From Candidatus Latescibacterota bacterium (GTDB taxonomy: Bacteria > Latescibacterota > CBDEFO01), in assembly GCA_965248755.1 (NCBI GenBank), contig OZ252149.1:640001-704000 (forward strand): a DNA stretch of 64,000 nucleotides, in the 5' to 3' direction. The notes below the pieces were generated by a model. It worked only from the letters and a program-made list of their open reading frames with translations. It was not told the origin of the DNA and did no database searches. Shown here piece after piece: positions 29,168 through 39,824 of the stretch (its first letter is position 1; every line of letters starts with the position of its first letter). The position numbers and the translations under genes were made by a program.

Positions 29168-30148
29168 ATGCAATCAACCATTGTAGGACCTTACCCGAGA
29201 GTCGGATCTGAGGTCGGGAATGAACTGAGAAGAGAGCTAAATAATATTTACAGAGGCTCTGGGAGCGTACAATTAGTGCAACGTCTTATGGAGAATTTGA
29301 CAAGGGAAGTAGTTCAGGAAATGGTTTCTGCTGGAATTGACTTGCCAAACTATGGATTAGTAGATGTGCATGATGAGTTGACGTGGCCTTTAGAATCTGT
29401 TGAAGGCGTCCAATTCGGTGGAATGAAAAAAGTATTTCATACTAACACCCACTATAGGGAGGTTATAGTAAACGGAGAAATTGTAAAGAGGAGGCCAATC
29501 GTCAACGATTTATGTAGAATCGCATTAGAAGTCCACCCAGAAGTAAAAGTAGAACTCCCTGGTCCGTATACAATGGCAAAACATTCTGTTTTCGGTAAGA
29601 AATCTCCGTACAAAACTTTTGCAGAGCTGGCGCGCAAATATGCAACGTTATATAGAGAAGAACTATCAGGATTAAAAGATGTTCCTTTAGTTCAATTCAA
29701 TGAACCATCAATAATTGCATATGGTAGGCTGCACGACGATGCAGCCATAGTGCCAGAATTGTACGAGATGATGGTAAGTGACCTGAAACTTCAGACAGCC
29801 GTCTGGACATTTTATGGTAGATACACGCCAGAAGTTTTAGATATGTTATTATCTCTACCTGTGGATATTGTAGGTCTGGATTTTGTTTGGGATCCTGATG
29901 TAGAGACTCTGGTTAAAAAGAAATGTCCCGACAAAGGTATAGGGATCGGTTTAATCGATTCTGGAGACAGAGGCTACACTGGCTTGGAAGAACAAGATTC
30001 CGTTATGAGTAGATTGCGGAGTCTGGAAGGTTATGTGGATTTTCAGAGAGCAATTCTATCGTCAAATGCCACTTTGGAACATCTCCCAAGGGACAACGCC
30101 AAACAAAAAATAGCTCTGATTGCCGATATAACTGATAGGATGAACTAA
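29168..30148 (+). CDS. Split cobalamin-independent methionine synthase, N-terminal half
   Basis: VGPYPRVG, FHTNTHY, PGPYT, VQFNEP, GLDFV, SSNATLEHLP; no Zn ligands. Confidence 0.75.
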   Translation: MQSTIVGPYPRVGSEVGNELRRELNNIYRGSGSVQLVQRLMENLTREVVQEMVSAGIDLPNYGLVDVHDELTWPLESVEGVQFGGMKKVFHTNTHYREVIVNGEIVKRRPIVNDLCRIALEVHPEVKVELPGPYTMAKHSVFGKKSPYKTFAELARKYATLYREELSGLKDVPLVQFNEPSIIAYGRLHDDAAIVPELYEMMVSDLKLQTAVWTFYGRYTPEVLDMLLSLPVDIVGLDFVWDPDVETLVKKKCPDKGIGIGLIDSGDRGYTGLEEQDSVMSRLRSLEGYVDFQRAILSSNATLEHLPRDNAKQKIALIADITDRMN

Positions 30149-31143
30149 TGGGGTTACCACTGTTGCCCACGACTGGGGTCGGCTCCTTTCCAAAACTTGA
30201 CTATGTGACTCGAGCCAGAGGCCAGCTGGATGAGAACAGTAAGAGAGCATCGGAAGAATTTATCAGACGTCAAGAAGCTCTGGGTGTTGATGTCCTTGTT
30301 GACGGAGAAATTTATCGAGGAGATATGGCCACTGATTATGCTCGTGCATTAAGTCTCCCGATAGCAGATTGGACAAGATCTTATGGCAATAGATTTTGGA
30401 AAAAAGGAACAGTAGATAGACCGTTAAAAAGAACAGGGGCAATCCAGGTAGAACAGTTTGAGTATGCACAGGGTCTTGCAAGAAGACCCGTAAAAGCTAT
30501 GCTAACTGGGCCTACTACACTTAGCAATTGGAATTTTGATAACCACTATAAGGATAGGGAAAAGCTTGTACGGGCATGGGCTGAAGTTATAAGGGAAGAA
30601 GCATTGGCTCTTGAAAAGGCTGGCGCAGAATACATTCAAGTGGATGAGCCAGCTGTTGCAGAAAGATTTTTGGAAATCGACTTGTTTAAAGAGGGCTTGA
30701 GAACAGTAACCGAAGATCTGAATGCATACACGATTACCCACATTTGTTATAGCGATTTTCCTGAAGTTTACCCATACATGCGTGACCTACCTGTCGATCA
30801 AATAGATATTGAATTATCGAGTGAGCTCGATTTAGGGTTAGAAAGATCTGATTTACTAAGAATGATGAAAAAAGACCCTTTAACGAATTACAAGGATGTT
30901 GCTGTTGGTGTAATTGATGTTAGGCCTGGTATTGCCGTGGAGGATGTTGACACTGTCGTTAGAAGAATTAACACAGCATTAGATGTTCTTGCCCCTACAG
31001 CAGAAACCTTAAAGCGAATTTGGATAGACCCTGACTGTGGATTTAGGACAACTAAGGATATTGACATTGCATATTCAAAAATGAATGTTATGATGGAGGC
31101 TGTCAACCAGATAAGACAGAGTTTAAGTAAAAATGATAACTAA
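30148..31143 (+). CDS. metE: Cobalamin-independent methionine synthase catalytic (C-terminal) half
   Basis: PTTGVGSFP, DGEIYRGDM, TGPTT, IQVDEP; Zn ligands HIC, E and DPDCG. Confidence 0.88.
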   Translation: MGLPLLPTTGVGSFPKLDYVTRARGQLDENSKRASEEFIRRQEALGVDVLVDGEIYRGDMATDYARALSLPIADWTRSYGNRFWKKGTVDRPLKRTGAIQVEQFEYAQGLARRPVKAMLTGPTTLSNWNFDNHYKDREKLVRAWAEVIREEALALEKAGAEYIQVDEPAVAERFLEIDLFKEGLRTVTEDLNAYTITHICYSDFPEVYPYMRDLPVDQIDIELSSELDLGLERSDLLRMMKKDPLTNYKDVAVGVIDVRPGIAVEDVDTVVRRINTALDVLAPTAETLKRIWIDPDCGFRTTKDIDIAYSKMNVMMEAVNQIRQSLSKNDN

Positions 31144-31277
31144 CACAAATGTTAAAGCTATATACGAAACAAGAAGATCGAATGGAACCAGCATAAAGCG
31201 CAAGTCACTAACTATGAATTAAAGAGATACTTACCTATTCTTTAGGTACAGGAGTTTACTCGTAGGAGAAGTTACCG

Positions 31278-34200
31278 TTGCCAAAGTTTACTACCGGACT
31301 TTACGATTCTAGGTTTGAACATGATGCATGTGGTGTTGGATTAGTTGCCAACATAACAGGCAAGAAGACACACGCTATTCTTGAAAAGGGCATCGAAGTG
31401 CTTGTTAACCTAGCTCACAGGGGTGCGTGTGGTTGTGATCCGTTGACTGGGGATGGTGCTGGGATACTGATACAGGTACCACATGAGTTTTTAAAGAAAG
31501 AATGCCCCTGCTTGGGCATTAATCTACCAGGGTTAGGTGATTATGGGGTCGGCATGGTTTTCTTACCACCAGGCTCGTCACAGAGACAGATATGTGAGGA
31601 TGTGGTCGAGGGAGTCATAGAGGATGAAGGACAACGTTTCCTGGGTTGGCGTGATGTCCCTGTGAATGATTCTGAGATTGGCTATGTGGCTAAGGAATCA
31701 CAGCCCTTTATCCGTCAGGTATTCATCGGTCGTGGTCCCGGAATAGAAAGCGAAGCTCACTTTGAGCGCAAACTGTATGTTGTCAGGAAGATGATTGAAC
31801 GTGCAGTCAGCCAAATGGGTGATGATGTTCAGAATCATTTTTACATCCCGAGTCTCTCTTCAAACCGTTTGGTTTATAAAGGGCTGCTTATTGGCACACA
31901 GCTAAGAGGGTTTTACCCGGACCTATCAGACCCAGATATGTCCAGTGCCTTCGCAATGGTTCATGCTCGATTCAGTACTAACACTTTGGGTTCCTGGAGA
32001 CTGGCACATCCATACAGGCTCATTTGCCATAACGGTGAGATTAATACTCTCAGAGGTAATGTCAACTGGATGACTGCACGCGAGCGTATGTTGTCCTCGA
32101 GTCTCTTTGGAGAAGATATGGGTAAATTATCTCCAATCATTACGCCAGGTGCTAGCGATACCGCATCTTTTGACAATGCCTTGGAGTTGTTGTTGGCCAC
32201 AGGCCGTTCTCTCCCGCATGCTCTCATGATGATGATTCCAGAGGCTACTGGGGAGCGTGTGGAAATATCACAAGAGAAGCGGGATTTTTATGAATACCAC
32301 TCGTGCTTGATGGAACCTTGGGATGGCCCGGCTCTTATCGCTGCCACTGATGGTACCAGTATAGGTGTGGTGCTTGACCGGAATGGCCTTAGACCGTTTC
32401 GGTATCTGGTGACCAAGGACGATTTGTTAGTTATGGCATCCGAAGTCGGTGTGTTAGAAATCGATCCTGACAACATCAAGTTCAAAGACAGAATTCATCC
32501 CGGGAGAATGTTCCTTTTAGATACTAACCAAGCGAGGATTATCGGGGACGAGGAACTGAAATCTGATTTATCCAAGAGACAGCCTTATGGTCTATGGTTG
32601 GAAGATAACAAGGTGACTCTGGATCAACTTCCAGAACCCGGCAGCCTTGAGAAAATAGATCCAACAGAACTGCAAAGTCTAAAAAGGGCCTTTGGTTACA
32701 CTTTAGAGGATCTACAGATTATTATGGAGCCCATGGCCTTAACTGGATCCGAGCCAATTGGATCTATGGGGAATGACACGCCGTTGGCTGTGCTCTCCGT
32801 AAGACCCCAGTTGCTTTATGGCTATTTCAAGCAGCTTTTCGCACAGGTTTCTAATCCACCTTTGGATGCCATCAGGGAGGAATTGGTCACTTCGCTTGAA
32901 GCCTTTGTTGGGTCCGAACAGAATTTGTTTGAGGAAACTCCCAAGCACTGTCGTCAACTGAAACTCAAACAGCCTATCCTCACTGATACAGAACTCCAAA
33001 AAATAAGCAATATATCCCAAGAAGGCATTAAGTCCACCACGTGCCATACGTTATTTGACACCCAATTAGGGAATGGATCTTTGGAAATTGCCTTGGATGG
33101 ATTATGCAAACAGGTTTCTGATGCAGTTGATTCCGGGAGCAATATTATCGTTCTCTCAGATAGGGGAGTGGATGCTCGTTACGCTCCGATTCCAATACTT
33201 TTGGCCACTTCTGCAGTACACCACCACCTGATACGCCAAGGCAAACGGACCAAGGTTGGCCTCGTGGTGGAATCGGGTGAGCCGCGTGAGGTAATGCACT
33301 TCGCACTCCTGATTGGTTATGGAGCGGGAGCAGTCAATCCATACCTACCATTTGAGATTCTGAGGGAACAGATACCAAAAGATATGAATTCACATGGTGT
33401 CGATTCCTATGTGGCCGAAAAGAATTTTACAAAAGCAATAGCCAAGGGTGTTTTAAAGGTAATGTCCAAGATGGGTATTTCTACGGTCCAAAGTTACCGA
33501 GGCGCCCAAATATTTGAGGCTATAGGCCTTAGCCAAGAATTCATTGACCGCTATTTCACTTGGACATCTTCACGTATTGAAGGAGTAGGCATAGAAACCA
33601 TAGAAGAGGAATCAAGGAGGCGCCATTCATCAGGATACGGTGTCGGTTTGGTTTCAGGTTCTTTGGATATAGACCACGGAGGACTTTATCAATGGCGCCT
33701 CGATGGTGAGCACCACATGTATAACCCTGAGTCGATCACACTGTTACAACAGTCAACGCGGACGAATAATTATCAGACCTATAAGAGATTCTCGGAGTTG
33801 ATAGATCGACAGGACCGGGAATCTTCCACGCTCCGTGGGCTCTTGGACTTTAAACAACTAGACGAACCTATACCTATAGAAGAAGTAGAGCCTGCATCTG
33901 AGATTGTGAAGAGATTTGCTACTGGTGCTATCTCTCTAGGGGCTATTAGCCGTGAAGCACACGAAACGTTGGCTATTGCAACAAACCGTATTGGAGCCAA
34001 GAGTAACACTGGAGAGGGTGGTGAAGACTATCGTAGGTTTGCTCAAGACAAAAATGGTGACTTCCGCAACAGTTTCATAAAACAAGTTGCCTCGGGACGT
34101 TTTGGTGTTACGACAAACTATCTGGTGAACGCGACAGATCTCCAGATAAAAATGGCACAGGGTTCTAAGCCAGGAGAGGGTGGGCAGCTGCCAGGTCATA

Positions 34201-35813
34201 AGGTTGACGAATACATAGGGTGGATTCGTCACACTACACCAGGGGTAGAATTAATATCACCACCCCCTCACCATGATATATATTCTATCGAGGATTTAGC
34301 TCAGTTGATTCATGACCTTAAAAATGTCAATCCAAAGGCTAGAATACATGTCAAGTTGGTTGCAGAAGTCGGAGTTGGAATAATTGCTGCTGGTGTTTCA
34401 AAAGGCCATGGTGATGTGGTGCTAATAAGTGGAGACAGTGGTGGAACCGGGGCTTCCCCTGAATCATCTGTAAAGCATGCAGGCCTTCCTTGGGAACTGG
34501 GACTTGCCGAAACCCAGCAGGTATTGTTAATGAATGATTTACGTGGGCGTATCGTCGTGCAGACTGACGGCCAGCTGAAAACTGGGCGTGACGTGGCTGT
34601 CGCATGTTTGCTGGGAGCAGAAGAGTTTGGCTTTGCAACTGCCCCTTTGGTTACACTAGGGTGCATTATGCTGAGGAAGTGTCATCTCAATACTTGTTCG
34701 GTCGGCATTGCTACTCAAGACCCGGAATTGAGAAAGAAATTTGCAGGGAAGCCGGAATACGTTATTAATTACTTTTTCTTCGTTGCAGAGCATTTGAGAG
34801 AAATAATGTCCCAGCTGGGATTTCGCAGTGTTAACGAAATGGTGGGGCGAATGGACATGCTTGAGCCCTACAAGGCCATTGAGCACTGGAAAGGTAGAGG
34901 ATTAGATCTTTCGCCAATGTTACAGCTCCCAGATGTTCCTAACGGCACTGCCATGTACTGCCAAACGGAACAGGATCATGGACTTACAGATGCCTTGGAC
35001 CACGAGATTATTGAGAAGGCCAGTGTGGCTTTGGATAAAAAAGAACCGGTTCAAATACAATTACCTATTCGTAACTCTAACAGGGTTGTTGGCACTATGC
35101 TAAGCGGGAAGATAGCTGAGCGTTATGGAGAGGAAGGATTGCCGGATGACACTATAAACTGCTCCTTCAAGGGGTCTGCTGGGCAAAGCTTTGGGGCATT
35201 TCTCGCCAATGGTGTTTCCATGACTGTAGAAGGAGATGCTAACGATTATTTTGCTAAAGGGATGTCCGGTGGACGAATTGTAATCTACCCACCTCGTGAA
35301 TCAACGTTTGTTCCTGAGGACACCACTATAGTAGGTAATGTGGTTTTGTATGGTGCCACCGGTGGGAAGGTATTTATTAGGGGTCTTGCAGGAGAGAGAT
35401 TCGCCGTCCGTAATAGTGGAGCTATTGTAGTAGTCGAGGGAGTGGGAGACCATGGTTGTGAGTACATGACGGGTGGTATAGTGGTAGTTCTTGGTGACAC
35501 AGGGCGCAATTTTGCTGCCGGGATGAGTGGTGGGATATCTTACGTTCTTGATGAAGGTGGCAACTTTGCTAGCCGTTGCAATCTGGATATGGTTGGGTTG
35601 GATTCAGTTTCTGAAGAGGAAGACAAAATCCTTTTACGGAAGTTGATAGAGGAGCATTCGTATTATTCTGAGAGTCTCAGTGCCAAAAGAGTACTTGATT
35701 CTTGGGATGAAATACTACCAAAGTTTGTGAAAGTGATGCCGCATGACTATAGGCGGATACTAGATGAGCGTGCGCAAAACGGTCTGGCTAAGGAAGCTGT
35801 GAATATTGGGTAA
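31278..35813 (+). CDS. gltB: Glutamate synthase large subunit
   Basis: EHDA/CGVG Ntn site, HNGEINT, SNTGEGGE, QVASGRFG, KPGEGGQLPG, GXGXG domain. Confidence 0.98.
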   Translation: MPKFTTGLYDSRFEHDACGVGLVANITGKKTHAILEKGIEVLVNLAHRGACGCDPLTGDGAGILIQVPHEFLKKECPCLGINLPGLGDYGVGMVFLPPGSSQRQICEDVVEGVIEDEGQRFLGWRDVPVNDSEIGYVAKESQPFIRQVFIGRGPGIESEAHFERKLYVVRKMIERAVSQMGDDVQNHFYIPSLSSNRLVYKGLLIGTQLRGFYPDLSDPDMSSAFAMVHARFSTNTLGSWRLAHPYRLICHNGEINTLRGNVNWMTARERMLSSSLFGEDMGKLSPIITPGASDTASFDNALELLLATGRSLPHALMMMIPEATGERVEISQEKRDFYEYHSCLMEPWDGPALIAATDGTSIGVVLDRNGLRPFRYLVTKDDLLVMASEVGVLEIDPDNIKFKDRIHPGRMFLLDTNQARIIGDEELKSDLSKRQPYGLWLEDNKVTLDQLPEPGSLEKIDPTELQSLKRAFGYTLEDLQIIMEPMALTGSEPIGSMGNDTPLAVLSVRPQLLYGYFKQLFAQVSNPPLDAIREELVTSLEAFVGSEQNLFEETPKHCRQLKLKQPILTDTELQKISNISQEGIKSTTCHTLFDTQLGNGSLEIALDGLCKQVSDAVDSGSNIIVLSDRGVDARYAPIPILLATSAVHHHLIRQGKRTKVGLVVESGEPREVMHFALLIGYGAGAVNPYLPFEILREQIPKDMNSHGVDSYVAEKNFTKAIAKGVLKVMSKMGISTVQSYRGAQIFEAIGLSQEFIDRYFTWTSSRIEGVGIETIEEESRRRHSSGYGVGLVSGSLDIDHGGLYQWRLDGEHHMYNPESITLLQQSTRTNNYQTYKRFSELIDRQDRESSTLRGLLDFKQLDEPIPIEEVEPASEIVKRFATGAISLGAISREAHETLAIATNRIGAKSNTGEGGEDYRRFAQDKNGDFRNSFIKQVASGRFGVTTNYLVNATDLQIKMAQGSKPGEGGQLPGHKVDEYIGWIRHTTPGVELISPPPHHDIYSIEDLAQLIHDLKNVNPKARIHVKLVAEVGVGIIAAGVSKGHGDVVLISGDSGGTGASPESSVKHAGLPWELGLAETQQVLLMNDLRGRIVVQTDGQLKTGRDVAVACLLGAEEFGFATAPLVTLGCIMLRKCHLNTCSVGIATQDPELRKKFAGKPEYVINYFFFVAEHLREIMSQLGFRSVNEMVGRMDMLEPYKAIEHWKGRGLDLSPMLQLPDVPNGTAMYCQTEQDHGLTDALDHEIIEKASVALDKKEPVQIQLPIRNSNRVVGTMLSGKIAERYGEEGLPDDTINCSFKGSAGQSFGAFLANGVSMTVEGDANDYFAKGMSGGRIVIYPPRESTFVPEDTTIVGNVVLYGATGGKVFIRGLAGERFAVRNSGAIVVVEGVGDHGCEYMTGGIVVVLGDTGRNFAAGMSGGISYVLDEGGNFASRCNLDMVGLDSVSEEEDKILLRKLIEEHSYYSESLSAKRVLDSWDEILPKFVKVMPHDYRRILDERAQNGLAKEAVNIG

Positions 35814-37257
35814 ACCTACAGGGTTTATAGAATTTCAAAGGAAGCCACCTGACAGACTCTCAGTCCAGGATCGTCTTAAGGACTCAAGGGAGATCTATCT
35901 AGAGTGGTCGGACCAAGATGCTCAGAGGCAGGGCGCTCGCTGTATGGACTGTGCGGTGCCGTTTTGTCACATGGGATGCCCGTTAGGAAATTTGATCCCG
36001 GAATGGAATCACCTGGTGTACACCGAGCAATGGAGGATGGCTCTAGAAAGATTGCATGCAACGAACAACTTCCCTGAGTTTACCGGGCGTATCTGTCCGG
36101 CCCCTTGTGAGCCGGCGTGTGTGCTATCCATAAACCAAGACCCTGTCACTATTGAATACATAGAGAAGGCCATAGTGGACAAGGGTTTCAAGGAAGGGTG
36201 GATAAAACCAGAACTCCCTGCGTATCGTACTGGTAAACGGGTCGCGGTGATTGGTTCTGGCCCTGCGGGTTTGGCTGCGTCCCAGCAGTTAAATAGAGCG
36301 GGTCATCTAGTAACCCTTTTTGAGCGGAGCGAGTCTATTGGAGGATTGCTTCGCTTGGGCATACCAGACTTCAAACTGGAGAAACAACTCGTACAACGCA
36401 GGGTGGATCTCATGGCGGAAGAAGGGGTAGTATTCAAGACAGGTGTGGAGGTGGGTGTTGGAATTTCTATTGGGGAATTAAGAAAAGAGTTTGACGCCGT
36501 CTGTGTGGCTATAGGTTCATGTGAGGCTCGAGAACTTCCTGTACCTGGACGTGAACTTGAAGGTATACACCTGGCAATGGAGTACCTGACTCAGCAGAAT
36601 CGTCGTATTGCTAGCCATTCTGTGAATTCATCGGAAACTATTACTGCGGAGGGTAAGCGGGTTATTATACTGGGAGGTGGTGATACAGGAGCTGACTGCT
36701 TAGGGACGGCACATCGTCAGGGAGCAGAGGTTATATATCAGATGGAATTATTGCCTCAACCGCCCGGGGATAGGGGGCCTGAGAATCCATGGCCTCAATG
36801 GCCACAGATTTTACGTACATCTCCAGCTCACGAGGAAGGCGGGGTGCGGGATTACAATGTCCTTACGAAGAATTTCTCTGGCAAGAATGGTAGGGTCGAG
36901 GAGCTCAATGCAGTACGTGTAGAATGGGAACAACCAGACGAATCTGGTAGGCCTGTGATGCACGAAGTTCCAGGGAGTGAATTTTCCATTGGTGTAGATT
37001 TAGTCCTGCTCGCCATGGGGTTTGTACATCCAGAGCACCAAGGGCTCGTTACTGATTTGGGGGTTGAGTTGGATAGTCGAGGGAATATAGTGACTAACCC
37101 TGAAAGAGCTACCAGCGTGCCCGGGATATTTGCTGCCGGAGACTCAACCAGAGGTGCTTCATTGGTGGTTTGGGCCATCGCGGAGGGTCGCCAGGTGGCT
37201 TACGGTATAGACAAGTATCTGATGGGGCATTCCAACCTGCCTTCGGTGCCTGTTTAG
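35806..37257 (+). CDS. gltD: Glutamate synthase small subunit
   Basis: MGKPTGF, RCMDC..FC..GCP, GRICPAPCE, GSGPAG, GGGDTG. Confidence 0.97.
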   Translation: MGKPTGFIEFQRKPPDRLSVQDRLKDSREIYLEWSDQDAQRQGARCMDCAVPFCHMGCPLGNLIPEWNHLVYTEQWRMALERLHATNNFPEFTGRICPAPCEPACVLSINQDPVTIEYIEKAIVDKGFKEGWIKPELPAYRTGKRVAVIGSGPAGLAASQQLNRAGHLVTLFERSESIGGLLRLGIPDFKLEKQLVQRRVDLMAEEGVVFKTGVEVGVGISIGELRKEFDAVCVAIGSCEARELPVPGRELEGIHLAMEYLTQQNRRIASHSVNSSETITAEGKRVIILGGGDTGADCLGTAHRQGAEVIYQMELLPQPPGDRGPENPWPQWPQILRTSPAHEEGGVRDYNVLTKNFSGKNGRVEELNAVRVEWEQPDESGRPVMHEVPGSEFSIGVDLVLLAMGFVHPEHQGLVTDLGVELDSRGNIVTNPERATSVPGIFAAGDSTRGASLVVWAIAEGRQVAYGIDKYLMGHSNLPSVPV

Positions 37258-37679
37258 ATACACAACAGGGCTTGTGTGGAAACTTATCTGATTGGTGATT
37301 GGGTTCTGGTTGACCAATTATTGCTCATGACTGGATTTGGAAAGAAAGTCCTCTTTTCCTGCCGATCCAGAACCCGCCAGACCATAAGATGGCAAGCTTA
37401 ACCTTTTCCCCCTGATTCGGAAAGGGGAAGTTTAAGCTTTGCTAGAAGTTTAAGCTTTGCTAAGACATAACAGTTCGCCCCAGCTTATGTATTGGTGGGG
37501 GCCAGCCACCGTGGGAGATCTGCTGGAGACAGATGCAACAGACCGCGAAGTCCCAGGGTAATTTGAGGCATTTTGAGGGCAGACACACGGGTCTGGACCT
37601 GAAGATGTGCGACCCACGACAAATTCTTGAAAATGCTGCCATTCCGAATCACAGAGCTTTTCCTCTTTTCATTAGACTT

Positions 37680-37696
37680 TGGGCAAGAAATTTGCT
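37680..37696 (+). promoter_or_regulatory. Possible sigma54 promoter upstream of arc
   Basis: TGGGCAAGAAATTTGCT, GG-N10-GC. Confidence 0.35.
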
Positions 37697-37809
37697 AAAC
37701 TATACCTTCGTTTAGGAAGTCTATAAGCTTAGTGACTTTTCTCTTTCTATTTTGCATCGTCGCTGTCTTCAAAGGCAATGCCTAAGATTTTGCCAAGGAT
37801 TCTTTCGTA

Positions 37810-39588
37810 ATGAACAATCCCAAAGATCCAAGACATCCAGATAGAGGCAAGGGCCAAAAGCCCTCAAGGAGTCGTATTGATAGAGAACCCGGAGAAGAAC
37901 CTGAGGACTTTTTCGCCGGTTATAACGAGGATTACGACGAAATCGCCGCCGATGCTCGGGCTTTGGCGCTAGTCGATAGAATGCTGCTGTCACTGGATGA
38001 GAAGGATAGAAGGAGGCATCTGCTCTATCAATTGAGAAGGCAGATAATTGAGGATGAGATGACGTTCCAGGAAGCGCGGCAGACAATCGTCGAGCTTGAG
38101 GGAGCCCTGGAGAAGGTGACCTCCCCCTCCAACAGAGTGGGGACATACCTGGGGTCTCCAAAGGAGGGCATAGCCTGCATCGTGGTGGGAGGCGCCGACT
38201 ACTACGCCAATGTCGACACCAGACTCGATATTTCGGAGTTGAAAGTAGGCACAAGAGTCCTTGTCAACGAGGCGTATGCAGTCGTAGGGGACCTCGGATA
38301 TAGCCCGTATGGCCCTATAGTCAAGGTTGTGGACGTTATATCTGATGACCGTCTCCAGGTAGGACAGGAACACGGACTTCAAAGTACGATATTATATAGA
38401 TCCTCAGATTTGCTCAATATTAATATAAAGGAGGGTGACCAGGTAAGAGTAGATCCCAGCTTCAGAGTCGCCTTAGAGCATATTGCCACCTCTCAATCTA
38501 AGGAATACTACCTGGAGCAAGTCCCTGAACTTCCATGGAGCAAGGTCGGGGGTCAGGACGAAGCGATAGGAGCGATAAAAGATGCTTTAGAGATGCCACT
38601 GCTCTATCCTGAACTTTTCCAAAAGTTCCAGTACGCCCCCCCCAAAGGCTTCCTTCTGCACGGCCCCCCAGGTTGCGGCAAGACCCTGATAGGAAAGGCT
38701 ACCGCCTATAACCTCGTGCGTCAGTTCAAAGAGGGTGGCGGCGATGGGGTGGAAGAATATTTCATGCACGTCAAGGGACCTGAGATCCTGAACATGTGGC
38801 TCGGTGAATCCGAGAGAATGGTAAGAGAAATATTCTCAATAGCCAGAGAAAAGCACAAAGAAGGCTATCTCCCTTTCATATTCATAGACGAGGCCGAGTC
38901 AGTACTCGGCACAAGGAGGGCTAACAGGACGCACAATATAGCCAATACGTTAGTGCCAATGTTCTGTGCGGAGATGGACGGAATAGAGTCACTTGCCGAG
39001 ATGGTGCTAATCCTTGCCACCAACAGACCAGATCTGATCGACCCTGCCATATTAAGACCCGGCAGGATAGACAGAAAGATTAAGGTCAAAAGACCCAGCC
39101 GAGAGGCGTCAAGGGAGATATTCCAAATCTACCTCACACCCGATCTTCCGATAGATCCCGAACTTTTGGAAAGATCCAATGGCGATGCGAGCGCCTCCCA
39201 AAGCTATCTGATCGATACAGCGATGGTGGAACTCTTTGCAAAAAGAGACGATACCAAACTCCTTGAGGTATCCCTGAGGAGCGGCAGGAGAGATATCCTA
39301 CACAGAGGGGATCTCGCAAGTGGAGCAATAATAGCCTCCATCGTGCAAAGAGCAAAAGAGTCCGCTATAAAAAGATCCATCGCCAACCAAAAGGACGAAG
39401 GCATATCGGAAAAGGACATCTTGACGGCAGTTGAAAGCGAATATAAAGAAAACGACATCTTCCCGCCGACGGATAATACAGAGGATTGGATGAAGTTGCT
39501 GGACTACAACCATGAGAACGTCGTCAAAGTGGTGCCTGTAAAGGATCGTGGCACAGACAAAAAGAAAATTGCAGGCAGAATCATATAG
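37810..39588 (+). CDS. arc: Proteasome-associated AAA ATPase (ARC/Mpa)
   Basis: Coiled coil, OB domains, GPPGCGKT, KGPEILNMWLGESE, FIDEAE, RPGRID. Confidence 0.95.
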   Translation: MNNPKDPRHPDRGKGQKPSRSRIDREPGEEPEDFFAGYNEDYDEIAADARALALVDRMLLSLDEKDRRRHLLYQLRRQIIEDEMTFQEARQTIVELEGALEKVTSPSNRVGTYLGSPKEGIACIVVGGADYYANVDTRLDISELKVGTRVLVNEAYAVVGDLGYSPYGPIVKVVDVISDDRLQVGQEHGLQSTILYRSSDLLNINIKEGDQVRVDPSFRVALEHIATSQSKEYYLEQVPELPWSKVGGQDEAIGAIKDALEMPLLYPELFQKFQYAPPKGFLLHGPPGCGKTLIGKATAYNLVRQFKEGGGDGVEEYFMHVKGPEILNMWLGESERMVREIFSIAREKHKEGYLPFIFIDEAESVLGTRRANRTHNIANTLVPMFCAEMDGIESLAEMVLILATNRPDLIDPAILRPGRIDRKIKVKRPSREASREIFQIYLTPDLPIDPELLERSNGDASASQSYLIDTAMVELFAKRDDTKLLEVSLRSGRRDILHRGDLASGAIIASIVQRAKESAIKRSIANQKDEGISEKDILTAVESEYKENDIFPPTDNTEDWMKLLDYNHENVVKVVPVKDRGTDKKKIAGRII

Positions 39589-39633
39589 AATCATATAAAG
39601 AGCGTAAAGAGCATACAGAAAGAGATCTACTAA

Positions 39634-39764
39634 GTGAGATTGCTGCGCATAGGCCTTGAGTCATTGCGAGAGCTGAAGCCCGGAAGCAACTTAATCTTAT
39701 GAGAAGATATAAGATTGCTTCGCCCACATGGTGGCTCTTGCCCCCGACTGAATCTATCGGGGGC
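39634..39764. repeat. Intergenic repeat mosaic with CCCCCGAC hairpin
   Basis: gagattgc, gtcattgcgag...gaagcaa, gcccccgac-tgaatct-atcgggggc. Confidence 0.7.
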
Positions 39765-39824
39765 TTGTTGCCTCTCCATCAAAGCGCTCACGCCGCCTGG
39801 CAATAACGTCGCTGTGGTGATTAT

